Both the position numbers and the translations under genes were made by a program. 64,000 nt of DNA from a virus (Duplodnaviria > Caudoviricetes), in IMG/VR virus record IMGVR_UViG_3300010203_000021, positions 7,014-71,013 of that record; one strand, 5' to 3'. Of this stretch, positions 1-9,238 are shown piece after piece. How positions within the stretch are numbered: the stretch's first letter is position 1; the number at the start of each line of letters is the position of its first letter. The notes under the pieces were generated by a model, which was not told where the DNA came from, ran no database searches, and was given only the letters and a program-made list of their open reading frames with translations.

Positions 1-1363
1 CGTTCAAATCATTGACGTGGGTGAAGGTGTGGACCTTCGCCTCAAAGCCGGCGAGCGTGGCGTCCCAATCCTCGGCGTCTTCGTCGCCGGGGTCCTCTGC
101 TGACGCCGACCCAGCTTCGGTTTTGGCCTCGGCCGCCGCCTCGGCGTAATGCCGCGCCGGCTTGTCTGCCGCGTTCGCCATCTTCATGAGCGCCGGCATT
201 TCAGGCTTCAGTGCATCGCTCAGCGCCGGTTCCAGCGCCAGGAACCACGCGTCGAAGTGACGGCGCCCCTGAACTGCCGCGCCGCGGGCGTTCTCAATCA
301 GCCCGGCGACGTCGATCACATCGCTCTGCTGCTGCGCCAAGGCGGCGATGGTCTCGCTCTGGAGCCGCGATGCCGCGGCGTCGGCTTCCGCGCGCTGGCT
401 GGAGATGGCCGCCTGTTCAGCCTTATTGGCGCGATTGGCGTCAACGGCTTTGGCTGCGGCGACGAATTCGGGTTCGCGCTCCTGAAAAATCGTGAAATCA
501 CCCTCGCTCAGTCCGCGCGTCCACTTATCCAGCGCCGCGAAGCCGTGCTCGGCGACGGTTACGGCCTCCACAAAAATCTTCGCGACGTGATCGGGGTCCA
601 GCTCCGTGATTGTCGTGATCTCGCCGGTCTGCGCGTCGTGTGCCGGCGCCGCGCCGCCGGAGATTTCCTTCTCGACGAACTCTTGGTTGAATCCGCGCGC
701 CGCCGGTTCTTGCGACGCCTTCAATTTCTGGATCAGCCGGCGCGCTTGATCGGTGTTGTCGGAAACCCGAAGCGGCTCGGCCTCCAACATCTCGTCGCGG
801 GAATAGACTCCGAGCAGCACGTCAGGGAAATGCCGGCGGCAGAGGCCCCGCGACGCGAAATAGAAAAACTGCTGGTCGGTATCGGAACTCCAAAGCGGCG
901 AGTTCTTGACCTTGATGTCCTTGAACATCGGGGATTCGTAATCGACAATTTCCCCAGGCTCGTCGGCGACGTCATCGCGCAAGCGCGCCCAGACGCGGCA
1001 TTTGCGCGTCGCTCCGTCGCCGCTGTACTCGACCTTGAGCCGGCCTTTGATCGGAGCCCGCTTGAGAATGACGGCGTGCATGAGCTGCGACTCGAACGCG
1101 AGCCGGTCATTGACCGAATAGGCTTTGTTGGCGACCTGGAACGGCGTCATCTGCCATTCGACGGCCTGCATGGTGACAGCGAGGCAGGCGCCAACATTCC
1201 CCCGCAGAAATTTGGGAATTGCGACCTCGGCTTTCGCCATCAACTGCGAAAACTCGATGACCTGCTGCATGCTGCCAAAGTGGACGCCGCCGGCCTCGCC
1301 GGTGATCGCGAGGCCGCGGTCGCGTGGCGTCTGGACTGTGAGGGCTGTGGACTGGTCGTTCAT
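1..1363 (-). CDS. recT: RecT-family single-strand annealing recombinase, 3' end runs off the window (absent from the ORF track)
   Basis: Manual translation from ATG at 1363: MNDQSTALTV...IPKFLRGNVGACLAVTMQAVEWQMTPFQVANKAYSVNDRLAFESQL...LCRRHFPDVLLGVYSRDE. Lies beside the exonuclease gene. Confidence 0.85.
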   Translation of the reverse strand, partial: MNDQSTALTVQTPRDRGLAITGEAGGVHFGSMQQVIEFSQLMAKAEVAIPKFLRGNVGACLAVTMQAVEWQMTPFQVANKAYSVNDRLAFESQLMHAVILKRAPIKGRLKVEYSGDGATRKCRVWARLRDDVADEPGEIVDYESPMFKDIKVKNSPLWSSDTDQQFFYFASRGLCRRHFPDVLLGVYSRDEMLEAEPLRVSDNTDQARRLIQKLKASQEPAARGFNQEFVEKEISGGAAPAHDAQTGEITTITELDPDHVAKIFVEAVTVAEHGFAALDKWTRGLSEGDFTIFQEREPEFVAAAKAVDANRANKAEQAAISSQRAEADAAASRLQSETIAALAQQQSDVIDVAGLIENARGAAVQGRRHFDAWFLALEPALSDALKPEMPALMKMANAADKPARHYAEAAAEAKTEAGSASAEDPGDEDAEDWDATLAGFEAKVHTFTHVNDLN

Positions 1364-1376
1364 GGAATTCCTCAAT

Positions 1377-1709
1377 TCAAAATGGGATTTCGGCCGTGGC
1401 GATTTCGCCTTCAGCTAGTCGAATGGCGCGTTCCAGCGCGTCGCGCAGGTCGCGGACCTGAAAGACGCCCATCGGGTGATCGTCGGCGTCAGGGCGCGCC
1501 GCGCGGAAACCAGCGGCCCAGCAAAGAATGTCCGCCATGCCAAGCGACATGCGACGGGCTTCCTCCAAATGGAGGACCATCCGCACTTTGGGGACGGGCA
1601 ACGCTCGCACTGCGGATTCACGGCGGGCGCGCATCACCGCAGCGTCACTGGCGAGCACGTGCGTTTCGCGACGATGGCGTACTCTGCGCATGTGGAGGCG
1701 CGCGCTCAT
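1377..1709 (-). CDS. Hypothetical phage protein
   Basis: ATGA-type overlap with the exonuclease gene; fits operon packing. Confidence 0.6.
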   Translation of the reverse strand: MSARLHMRRVRHRRETHVLASDAAVMRARRESAVRALPVPKVRMVLHLEEARRMSLGMADILCWAAGFRAARPDADDHPMGVFQVRDLRDALERAIRLAEGEIATAEIPF

Positions 1710-2740
1710 GCCGCGTCCGCCTCGTTCAGCAGGCCGCCCTTGATTTCAGCCTCAATCTGCTTCGCGCGCCACGGCGGCAGATAGAGTGTCCGAAGGTCTG
1801 AATCGTACGCAGGCCAATCGTCGGATTCGAACGCCGCCGCGATCTTGCGCAGCGCGCGCCGCGCCTGCATCCGTCCGATCGCCACGGCGCCAATATCGAC
1901 GGGGCGAACGACCACAGGAAACGGCCGCTTTGTCTCGCAGAAGACCAGCACATGATCATCGTTTCCCGGCGAGCGGCCGAAGTGCTGCTCGTAAACGATG
2001 CCGCCAAAACCAAACTGGAATTGGTACTCCCGATCCCCCATCGTGCGGTTAAGGCCGGCGTCGGACGCGTCGATGCAGGTCTTCAAATCGCAAAGTGTCG
2101 AAGCCGAAAGCGCCAGAACGTCGATCCGCGATTTCAGCCAAAGGCCGGTCTGGGCGTCCTTGACGATGATGCTCTGCTCGACCAATCCCGACAGCAGGCC
2201 GTCCCGCACCAGCGGATGTTTTGCGAGGTTGCTCGCGATCGCCTTGATCGTCTCCAGCTGGTCGGGGACCAGAACTTCGCGGCCGTCGGCAATTTGCGCG
2301 GCGCGCCAGGCTTTCGCGTCGTTCGTGCGCCAGTCCTTGAATTCCTTCGGGCGCACTGCGAATTTGCGCGCGAAATTTGCCTCTCCGAGCACCAGATGAT
2401 GCACGGCGCTTCCAAGCGTCATGGAGTCGGAACGATCGAAAGGCTCGCGCTCCGGGTTGACGTATTTGTCCCAGAAATGCAGCAGCGATTGCTGCTCGAC
2501 GACCAAGGCGCCAGACGACGACACGCTCGGCCCGTCGCAAAGATCCGGCGAGTGATAAAGCTCGATCGGCATGTCGTAGATGCCCGGCCGCGTGATCTTC
2601 GGCGCCCACACGGCGTCTTCGGGCAGATCAGCCGGGCGCGGTGGCGGCCACTTGATCGGGCGGGCCGCGTCGAGATTGGCGACCACGGTGCCGGCAGCGC
2701 TGCCGAGCGTGGTTTGTGGGAATGTGGCGATCTTGTTCAC
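1706..2740 (-). CDS. RecE/exonuclease VIII-like PD-(D/E)XK nuclease (DUF3799-like)
   Basis: Motifs IYDMPIELYH, SSSG, GSAVHHLVL, KSRID...DLKT, YQFQ, FCETKRPF; upstream of recT. Confidence 0.85.
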   Translation of the reverse strand: MNKIATFPQTTLGSAAGTVVANLDAARPIKWPPPRPADLPEDAVWAPKITRPGIYDMPIELYHSPDLCDGPSVSSSGALVVEQQSLLHFWDKYVNPEREPFDRSDSMTLGSAVHHLVLGEANFARKFAVRPKEFKDWRTNDAKAWRAAQIADGREVLVPDQLETIKAIASNLAKHPLVRDGLLSGLVEQSIIVKDAQTGLWLKSRIDVLALSASTLCDLKTCIDASDAGLNRTMGDREYQFQFGFGGIVYEQHFGRSPGNDDHVLVFCETKRPFPVVVRPVDIGAVAIGRMQARRALRKIAAAFESDDWPAYDSDLRTLYLPPWRAKQIEAEIKGGLLNEADAA

Positions 2741-3486
2741 AGGATTTCCTCATCGTCGGGAGTTGCGATAGGCGCAGGTGCGGGGAAGGAATTGGCAGCT
2801 CTTTCGCGCCAGAAATCGCGGCTTTCGTTCCAATGCTTTCCGCCGATTTCGTATTCTTTGAACTCGGGGTCTCTTCCGAAAAGACTCAGCGGGAATTCAG
2901 CAGCGATGGCGGTGTGCGCGTCGGGCGAAATGCGCGACAGCCTATCCATCATGTCGCGCCACAGTTGATTGACGCCAGCCATGACGTCGTACTGGTGCGC
3001 ACGGTTGCGGGCCTCGTATTCCTGCTTGTGCATGGCGTCGGCCAGCCGATCTAGCGCTTTGCTGTGGATGGCTTCCTTGACTTTTTGCAGCAGCTTGCGG
3101 CGCTCGCCATCGCCAATGCCGCCCTCGTTGTAGCGATTGGCCATGCAGTAGATAAATTCTTCCCGAACTTCCTCGCTTTCGGCCCAAAGCGATTTGGCGA
3201 GGTCCACGGGTTCAGCCCGCGCAACAATCTCGGTGACGAAATCAGAAATCGGGAGAACGAGCGCGCCGTCCCGGATCTCCATATTCGGGAGGACGCCGCG
3301 AGGGTCTGTTGACCTGCCACTCGAACCCCAGCGCGAGTCCTGCTTGATGACGGGCGTTCCAGCGGGGACCCGGACCTCAGTCGTGCCGTAAAAGCCAGAG
3401 ACGTGATAGACGTCCTCGCCTGTGTTGCCATCGGTATAATCGGGGGAAGCGACGGGGTGCTTCGTCAATGCAACAGTCTCGGTCAT
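2737..3486 (-). CDS. Hypothetical phage protein
   Basis: 249-aa ORF with natural composition, coupled to neighbours. Confidence 0.7.
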   Translation of the reverse strand: MTETVALTKHPVASPDYTDGNTGEDVYHVSGFYGTTEVRVPAGTPVIKQDSRWGSSGRSTDPRGVLPNMEIRDGALVLPISDFVTEIVARAEPVDLAKSLWAESEEVREEFIYCMANRYNEGGIGDGERRKLLQKVKEAIHSKALDRLADAMHKQEYEARNRAHQYDVMAGVNQLWRDMMDRLSRISPDAHTAIAAEFPLSLFGRDPEFKEYEIGGKHWNESRDFWRERAANSFPAPAPIATPDDEEIL

Positions 3487-3510
3487 AGCGTCCTCGTTTA
3501 TTGGCGTGAA

Positions 3511-3714
3511 CTATTCGGCGGCGGCGGACTGCGCCGGCGCGGGATCAGGAGAGAAGGCCAAGCGCCGTTTTTGCTCGTAGACGACGGCGCGGCCGGCGTT
3601 GGAAAACGGACCGGAAGTCTGAGCCGCGTAGGCGAGTTGCGCGTCGGACACCTCGCGCAGCCCGCGCGCTATGGCGCGGATTTCCTCGTCGCGGATGAGG
3701 TAGCCGGAAGTCAT
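3511..3714 (-). CDS. Small hypothetical protein
   Basis: 4-bp overlap packing in the early operon. Confidence 0.55.
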   Translation of the reverse strand: MTSGYLIRDEEIRAIARGLREVSDAQLAYAAQTSGPFSNAGRAVVYEQKRRLAFSPDPAPAQSAAAE

Positions 3715-3881
3715 TTCCGTTCATCCGCAATGATGATGCTGGTCATCAGATTGGCGTGGTTGCGGGTGTCGACCTCGACGTGCTCGATCTCGACGTCGTG
3801 CTCGCTGACGAAATCAAGCAGCAACCCTTGGATTTGCCTCTCCAACTGGAGAACGGCGATTTCGATGGCTGAACGGCCCAT
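3711..3881 (-). CDS. Small hypothetical protein (MGRSAIEIAV...)
   Basis: Start reassigned to ATG 3881, right after the upstream ORF ends; protein-like C-terminal half of the track ORF. Confidence 0.55.
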   Translation of the reverse strand: MGRSAIEIAVLQLERQIQGLLLDFVSEHDVEIEHVEVDTRNHANLMTSIIIADERK

Positions 3882-3882
3882 C

Positions 3883-4131
3883 TCAGCGGCCCTCCTCAAA
3901 CCTTGCGGCAGTCGCCCGCAGCGAGGGGTGTTGGAACCGCAGCGCGGCCGCGATTTCGAGGCCGATGATGATCGCGCCGTAGGGTGCCTCAAACGCCGTG
4001 CTGGCGTTGAGCTGGTCGCGGATCAGGCGGGCGCCGCGGAAGTCGCCGTGGTGCGCCATGTTCCTGGCGCGCTCGACTTTGGCGAGGACCGCTGCGGCCA
4101 TGTGGGAAATGGGGTGATCGGTCAATTTCAC
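3883..4131 (-). CDS. Small hypothetical protein
   Basis: Tightly packed, protein-like composition. Confidence 0.55.
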   Translation of the reverse strand: MKLTDHPISHMAAAVLAKVERARNMAHHGDFRGARLIRDQLNASTAFEAPYGAIIIGLEIAAALRFQHPSLRATAARFEEGR

Positions 4132-4346
4132 CTCCCGCTTTTCAGGTAGATGGCGAAGCGCAGGCCGATTCCGATTGACGCCGCAATCATCGCGGCGCCA
4201 GCGAGCCGTCCCGCTGCGATGATGACGTCGAGAATGGAAACCCCGGCCTCGACCGCGATCACCAGGGCGCAGAGTCCAGAGATCAGCGCGGGCCAGAGCA
4301 CCAGCGCAGAGAAGCCGATGAGGCTATCGAGGCCGGGGGCGCGCAT
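4128..4346 (-). CDS. Small two-TM membrane protein
   Basis: MRAPGLDSLIGFSALVLWPALISGLCALVIAV...AAMIAASIGIGLRF; two hydrophobic stretches. Confidence 0.55.
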   Translation of the reverse strand: MRAPGLDSLIGFSALVLWPALISGLCALVIAVEAGVSILDVIIAAGRLAGAAMIAASIGIGLRFAIYLKSGR

Positions 4347-4348
4347 GG

Positions 4349-4621
4349 TCAGCCCCTCCGAGGCCGGCACTCGCCGGGGCGCTTGAAGCCGCCGGCACGG
4401 CCGAAACGGCGCAGAGCGATGGTCGTCGTCTGCATGGCGTGGTGGATGACTCCGTTGGCGTTGCACGGCATGACGACCGCACAGGGTTCATCCTCTCCCG
4501 TCTTTGCCGACTTCTTCGTTCCGAGGCCGGAGACCTTCACAAAACGCGTCGTGTAATCGACGTCTTCCTGCCAAACCGAGCCGACGACGACCGTTGGTGG
4601 CGTGATCTTTGCGCGCGCCAT
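4349..4621 (-). CDS. Hypothetical protein
   Basis: Operon packing, protein-like composition. Confidence 0.55.
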   Translation of the reverse strand: MARAKITPPTVVVGSVWQEDVDYTTRFVKVSGLGTKKSAKTGEDEPCAVVMPCNANGVIHHAMQTTTIALRRFGRAGGFKRPGECRPRRG

Positions 4622-4623
4622 GA

Positions 4624-4893
4624 TCAGCCCTCCGCCTTGTGCGCGGAGCGGCCGCCCTTGTGCCCAGCAGCGGAGGCAAGTTCCCTGTCTCGGGCGAAGC
4701 TGCGGTTGCTGGGGTTTACGCTCTTGCCGCCCTTGCGACCGGCCGCTGCGGCGAGTTCGCGGTTCTTTGAGAAAGAGCGGTTTTCGCTCGGGATGGCCGA
4801 TCCGCCTTTGCTGGCTATGGCGCGCTGCTTCTCCGGGTCCATGCTCGCGAACCCGCGCTTGCTCTTGGGTCGGATTTCGGTGGTGACGGTCAT
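4624..4893 (-). CDS. KGG-repeat general stress protein (YciG/GsiB-like)
   Basis: RGFASMDPEKQRAIASKGG followed by two RSF.xRELA.AAG.KGG repeats. Confidence 0.9.
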   Translation of the reverse strand: MTVTTEIRPKSKRGFASMDPEKQRAIASKGGSAIPSENRSFSKNRELAAAAGRKGGKSVNPSNRSFARDRELASAAGHKGGRSAHKAEG

Positions 4894-4897
4894 CGGA

Positions 4898-5104
4898 TTA
4901 GCCTTTCTGGGCGGTGGCGTTTTTGAACTCGACGGCGAGAGCGACCAGTCGGCCCGCGATTTCGATAAGGGTGTCGGGAGTGAAAGCGGCGCTCGCGTGC
5001 ATCTCGCCGTCCTTGATCAGGATGACGGCGTGGCGCGAATTGGGTCCGATTTGCATCACCGCGCCGGACCCAAAATCGCAGCGGAATGTGTTTTCGCCGG
5101 CCAT
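4898..5104 (-). CDS. Small hypothetical protein
   Basis: Operon packing. Confidence 0.55.
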   Translation of the reverse strand: MAGENTFRCDFGSGAVMQIGPNSRHAVILIKDGEMHASAAFTPDTLIEIAGRLVALAVEFKNATAQKG

Positions 5105-5106
5105 GC

Positions 5107-5481
5107 TCAGACCTCCGCGTGGCGATCAGCCCACCGAGCGCGGAAGTCCGCTTCGGCGTGGTCGGTGAGGGCAGGAGTGTGGACAGGTGCCGGCGCAACA
5201 GGATCGGCGTCCTTGCGCGCTGTGTAGCCGGCCGGGAGAACCATCCGCGCCAGTTCCAGCCTCACTTCGTCGGGGATCGATTCACGGGCGCCGGTGTCTT
5301 CGCCCACGATCTCGCCGTCCTCGTCGCGCGTGACCACAGCAGGGGCGTGAAATTCTGTTCCGAACTCGTCTCGCCACTCGACAAATGCGAGGGCGGAAAT
5401 GGGCTTGCGGAGGCTGCTGGGCGCGGCGTCTGCGTCCCATTCGACATAGGTGACGCTGATAGGATTGCTCATGGCGCTCAC
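5107..5481 (-). CDS. Hypothetical protein
   Basis: Operon packing. Confidence 0.55.
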   Translation of the reverse strand: MSAMSNPISVTYVEWDADAAPSSLRKPISALAFVEWRDEFGTEFHAPAVVTRDEDGEIVGEDTGARESIPDEVRLELARMVLPAGYTARKDADPVAPAPVHTPALTDHAEADFRARWADRHAEV

Positions 5482-5786
5482 CCCTCCACGCGCACGTACT
5501 GGATTTCGGTCTTGGTGACCTCAACCTCGCGCTTTTCGACGCGGTAGAGAGTGTCGGGCATGTCGGATTCGCTGTTGCCGTATTCAGTGTCTCTAATCCA
5601 GCGGCCACTGATCCAAAGTCCCCAAAGCTGCGGGTAGTCGGGGTCAAATTCCTCGCTGATCGTGTGGAGCGACGTCACAAAGAAGTTGCTCCCGCGCCGA
5701 TGTTCCTCGGTGACGATGTCGTAATCGTCCATGATCTGCGGCCAGAGATCGGGGTATTCGGCCTTAGTGATCTTATTGATGGTCAT
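5478..5786 (-). CDS. Hypothetical protein (MTINKITK...)
   Basis: Start reassigned to ATG 5786; acidic/aromatic phage-like protein. Confidence 0.6.
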   Translation of the reverse strand: MTINKITKAEYPDLWPQIMDDYDIVTEEHRRGSNFFVTSLHTISEEFDPDYPQLWGLWISGRWIRDTEYGNSESDMPDTLYRVEKREVEVTKTEIQYVRVEG

Positions 5787-5793
5787 GTGGCCC

Positions 5794-6042
5794 TCATTCG
5801 GCAGCGATAAGTGCGGAAAGTTCGTCCAGCGTCGGAGCGGCTGGGAGCGGAAGCCAACAAAGCGGCTGATACGCGCGGCTGTGTTCTTCGAGATCACAGC
5901 GCCAATCGTTTTCGTGCCACCACATGACGGTCTGGACGATTTCACCGCCTTGACGGCCATATTTCCAAACGCAAGCAAGGAATTCCGAGCCATCTTCCGG
6001 CGCGGTATGTGGCGGTTTCCAAATGGTCTTCATGGCGCTCAC
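5794..6042 (-). CDS. DUF551-like phage protein
   Basis: WKPPHTAPEDGSEFL...QPLCWLPLPAAP matches the WQPIETAPKDG...PTHWMPLP pattern. Confidence 0.7.
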   Translation of the reverse strand: MSAMKTIWKPPHTAPEDGSEFLACVWKYGRQGGEIVQTVMWWHENDWRCDLEEHSRAYQPLCWLPLPAAPTLDELSALIAAE

Positions 6043-6245
6043 TCCGCAGCCAGAGCCATGGAAGCGTCGGCGTCGATCACGCGCGCCTCGTAGCCGTAAA
6101 TCTCGCCGTGCTTCTTGATGTGGGCGACCAGCGCGTCAGCGTTCGGCACGCGCTTGAAGTCTTCGCGCAGGCGGCCGACGACGCGATACGCAAACCCGGC
6201 AAAGGCGAGACGCCCGTCGAGATAGAGAAACACGATGTGCTTCAT
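6039..6245 (-). CDS. Small hypothetical protein
   Basis: Operon packing. Confidence 0.55.
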   Translation of the reverse strand: MKHIVFLYLDGRLAFAGFAYRVVGRLREDFKRVPNADALVAHIKKHGEIYGYEARVIDADASMALAAE

Positions 6246-6256
6246 GGCTTTGGTCC

Positions 6257-6535
6257 TTATTCTGCGGCTTGCTGGAAGACGGGGGCCGCGCGGCGTGCGG
6301 CGGCGAGACCGCGATTGCGCGCATTGAGCTTGTTCGTGAAATCGCGGTCCGCGATGAGCCGGCGGGCGACGATTTCCAGGGCTTCTTCGGTAAGGAGATC
6401 GAGCGTCGGGCGCCCGTCATCAAAGATGTGCATTGGGCAATTGTTGCCCGTGAAGACCCTGAACTGCGGAGCGTTCGGCCATGAAAGCGAAAGGCCAAGG
6501 ATGATGTTGGAAAGGCGATCTCGGCGTGTGAGCAT
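6257..6535 (-). CDS. Hypothetical protein (MLTRRDRLSN...)
   Basis: Start reassigned to ATG 6535. Confidence 0.5.
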   Translation of the reverse strand: MLTRRDRLSNIILGLSLSWPNAPQFRVFTGNNCPMHIFDDGRPTLDLLTEEALEIVARRLIADRDFTNKLNARNRGLAAARRAAPVFQQAAE

Positions 6536-6546
6536 GATGGCCTCAT

Positions 6547-6915
6547 TCAGACGTAAAGATCGGCGCGGCTTTCCTCGCGCACGTGCGCGTGGTCGAGCGC
6601 GGCTTCGGCGTCGTCGTCGTCCATGCTGGCGGCGATGGCGGATTGGCGGATGAGGTAGCCTGCGTTCTCGCGCCACGCGTCGAGACAGGCGGTCTTGGTG
6701 TCTTCGGTGTCGGCGCGGCGCATGTCGGTCTGCTTGCAGATTTCGGCGCAGAGGTCGGCCATCAGCGCGGCGACGAACTCGCCAAGATCGGCCAGCAGAG
6801 CGAGGCGCTGGCCTTCGGTGTCGAAGCGGCCTTGTATGGCGGCGTGCTGCAAAAGCTGCGTCACACGCAGGCCGATGCGGTGAAAGGAATATTCAAAGGC
6901 GGAATCGGGAGACAT
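6547..6915 (-). CDS. Hypothetical protein
   Basis: Operon packing, helical composition. Confidence 0.6.
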   Translation of the reverse strand: MSPDSAFEYSFHRIGLRVTQLLQHAAIQGRFDTEGQRLALLADLGEFVAALMADLCAEICKQTDMRRADTEDTKTACLDAWRENAGYLIRQSAIAASMDDDDAEAALDHAHVREESRADLYV

Positions 6916-6917
6916 GA

Positions 6918-7634
6918 TCAGCCCTCCACTTCGACAAATTCGCCGTCAGCACTCAGCGAATACCAGGTGTTCGGCTTGATGCCGTTTTCACCGACCTTGC
7001 TCGCGCGGATCGCGATGATTTTGTCATTGTCGTCGCGGTGAACGAGGCAGATGGCGCATCCTTCTGCGGCCTGTGCGCGGCCTTTCCAGCCGGTGGAAAT
7101 TGCAACGCCCTGATCGCCGGACGCCGTGGCCGCGCCCCGATTGCCGGACGCCGTGGCCGCGCCCCGATCGCCGGACGCCGTGGCCGCGCCCCGATTGCCG
7201 GACGCCGTGGCCGCGCCCCGATTGCCGGACGCCGTGGCCGCGCCCCGATTGCCGGACGCCGTGGCACCTTCGTTATCTTCGGTGGCAACCGGCCCGTCTT
7301 TCCAGTTCGCGCGTTTGAAAACCCATTCGATGGCGCGCTTGGTCAGATCGCCAATCGAAAGCTCAACGCCGATGGTGATCTTGGCCGATGCGAACTTGGT
7401 GCCGTCCTTGTCAGTGTCGCCGGATTGCTCGACCTCGCAAAAGCGCGACGACGGCGGGTAGTATTCCAGCACCGACAGCGGGTGCTCATCGACCGGGCAA
7501 GCGTGGAAACCGTTCACGCAGGCTTCGATATTTCCGCTGACCTCATAGGTCTTGCCGATTTCAAACTGAAACCCGCGACACGTCATGTCTGGGTTGAACG
7601 CTTTGATGGAAATTGTTTTTTCGTCAGCGGACAT
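6918..7634 (-). CDS. DUF7666-like phage protein with GAATASGNR repeats
   Basis: KAFNPDMTCRGFQFEIGKTY...ACVNGFHAC...PLSVLEYY N-terminus; 9-aa repeats; GIKPNTWYSL C-terminus. Confidence 0.8.
   Translation of the reverse strand: MSADEKTISIKAFNPDMTCRGFQFEIGKTYEVSGNIEACVNGFHACPVDEHPLSVLEYYPPSSRFCEVEQSGDTDKDGTKFASAKITIGVELSIGDLTKRAIEWVFKRANWKDGPVATEDNEGATASGNRGAATASGNRGAATASGNRGAATASGDRGAATASGNRGAATASGDQGVAISTGWKGRAQAAEGCAICLVHRDDNDKIIAIRASKVGENGIKPNTWYSLSADGEFVEVEG
7112..7267. repeat. In-frame 27-bp tandem repeat (~6 copies, CCGATTGCCGGACGCCGTGGCCGCGCC)
   Basis: Directly visible; encodes GAATASG(N/D)R. Confidence 0.95.
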
Positions 7635-7710
7635 GGCAACCTCATCTGCAATCAAGCGTCTAGCGCTTCCTGACGACCCCGGCGCGCGGGGCCGCTGGAA
7701 ACGTCAGGCA

Positions 7711-8226
7711 TCAATGGATTTGCCGAGGGTCGATGACCGGGAGCGCCGCGCCAGAACGCGGGGCCATGAACCGGGCGTCCAGAGCGCGCGCGCCGGCCGC
7801 AGCGAACGCCGTGACGGTCGAGAGCAGCTTGGAGACGTCGAGATCGCGCAGGGCGGCTCCAATCGTCGCCAGCGCGCCGCCATTGGTCAGGGCGAGAGCA
7901 CCGGCGCCAGAAACGGCAAGCGCGCCCTGTGTGGCCTGCTGGCGGGGATCATTGGCGCGGCGGGCGTCGGCCCATGCCTGCTTCAGAGCTCCGCCGAAAT
8001 CGACCGGCGTGGCCTTGATGATCGCAGCCAGCGTGCGCGGGTGATGCGGACGACCGGCGACGACAACCGTCTCGGCGCTGAAGATCGCGAGCGCAGCGGC
8101 TTCACGGCGTTCGCGCTTGATGATGTGAGCGGCGCGCATGATCGCGGCGCGGTCGAAATTGGTCGCCGGGCGGCGCTTGCCGCTGATGCGGTATTCGCTC
8201 CGGTCGAGGGTGATTGTCGCGGCCAT
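7711..8226 (-). CDS. First gene of the leftward (PL) operon, hypothetical
   Basis: GGAGG RBS before ATG 8226, immediately downstream of the OL operators. Confidence 0.65.
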   Translation of the reverse strand: MAATITLDRSEYRISGKRRPATNFDRAAIMRAAHIIKRERREAAALAIFSAETVVVAGRPHHPRTLAAIIKATPVDFGGALKQAWADARRANDPRQQATQGALAVSGAGALALTNGGALATIGAALRDLDVSKLLSTVTAFAAAGARALDARFMAPRSGAALPVIDPRQIH

Positions 8227-8260
8227 GGCGGCCTCCATCGGTGTTCGTCGATGGTCAGAG

Positions 8261-8311
8261 GTTCGCAGAACGCGAACTTCTCGTCAATCATAAAATTCGT
8301 GTTTTGCGAAC
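8261..8311 (-). promoter_or_regulatory. OL/PL: two 17-bp operators flanking a TTGACG -35 element
   Basis: GTTCGC-AGAAC-GCGAAC (8261-8277) and ATTCGT-GTTTT-GCGAAC (8295-8311); 17-bp spacer reads TTTATGATTGACGAGAA on the minus strand. Confidence 0.85.
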
Positions 8312-8920
8312 TTTGTTCCCGCAATCAAAAACCCGAACTGGATTTCGACGCGTCCAATGCCGCGATCTACCCCTGCGCGCTCGCGCACGCGCATACGGGC
8401 TAAAGATCGCGCGCGCGGATATAGTTATTATATATATCCTTATGGGGGCAATCTGACGGTGGTCTGCCGGAAAGGTGCCGGCGCTCCAGCAAGGTTGCAG
8501 GCCGCGCTTCGCGCTGCGATGCTAGCGCATCGCGGACTGATTCTCTTTTCACCACGGATTTGTTTGTATTTTTCAAAGGCTTCAGCGGCCGATAGGGAGG
8601 CTTATTCTTCGCAGCGTCTTTCCGTCTTCCAGAAAGCTAATCACTAGGGATTCAGCACTTTGCCGCGCGCGAGGCGGCGATTGCGGGTTGCCGCAGGTTG
8701 CGGTTGATCAAAGCGTAGCTGTGGCGCTTGGCTTAACTTTAACAATGATTTCAAGCAACGTTGCTCTCAAAGGCCGGCGTGACGTCGGCCAAGGAGCATC
8801 GCTAGCTGTCGCTCGGCGAAGGGGAGCCCGGTTTTTATTTCCGGGGTGGGGCTGCGCTCCTCGGTTCTCTTTAGCTTGGTGGCGAATTATGTCGGCGCTG
8901 CGCAAAGGGGTTCAAATAAG

Positions 8921-9238
8921 ATGACATCCGATGTTTGGGATAAGGATTTAGCAGAAATAGATTCTCTTTTAGTAGGTAAATGGATCGAGATTCCAAAGGA
9001 AAGTGTTATTTCTGTTGCGTTAACACGCGAAAACATTGATTGTATATATAACGCAATATCTAGCTTGATACTATCACAGGTCCTAAATACGTTGGGAACG
9101 TCAAGCTATATAAAAAATGAAAGGGCCGAAGCGCTAAAAAAATTGGAAAGTTCGATGGAAGCTTCAGCGGAAGCTCTGCAAAAATTAAATATTATCTATG
9201 CAGGTATTATGCAACAGGCTGTTATTCATGAGCAATAA
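8921..9238 (+). CDS. AT-rich accessory (moron) protein, unknown function
   Basis: ORF MTSDVWDKDL... in clearly lower-GC DNA, opposite to the PL operon. Confidence 0.65.
   Translation: MTSDVWDKDLAEIDSLLVGKWIEIPKESVISVALTRENIDCIYNAISSLILSQVLNTLGTSSYIKNERAEALKKLESSMEASAEALQKLNIIYAGIMQQAVIHEQ

Noticed and set aside
149-1801. 550-aa plus-strand ORF
   Set aside because: Antisense shadow of recT and the exonuclease gene; Arg-rich, unnatural composition.
7112-7267. 27-bp tandem repeat as CRISPR or DGR template/variable repeat
   Set aside because: Head-to-tail copies without spacers, in frame within a CDS; no reverse transcriptase in the window.
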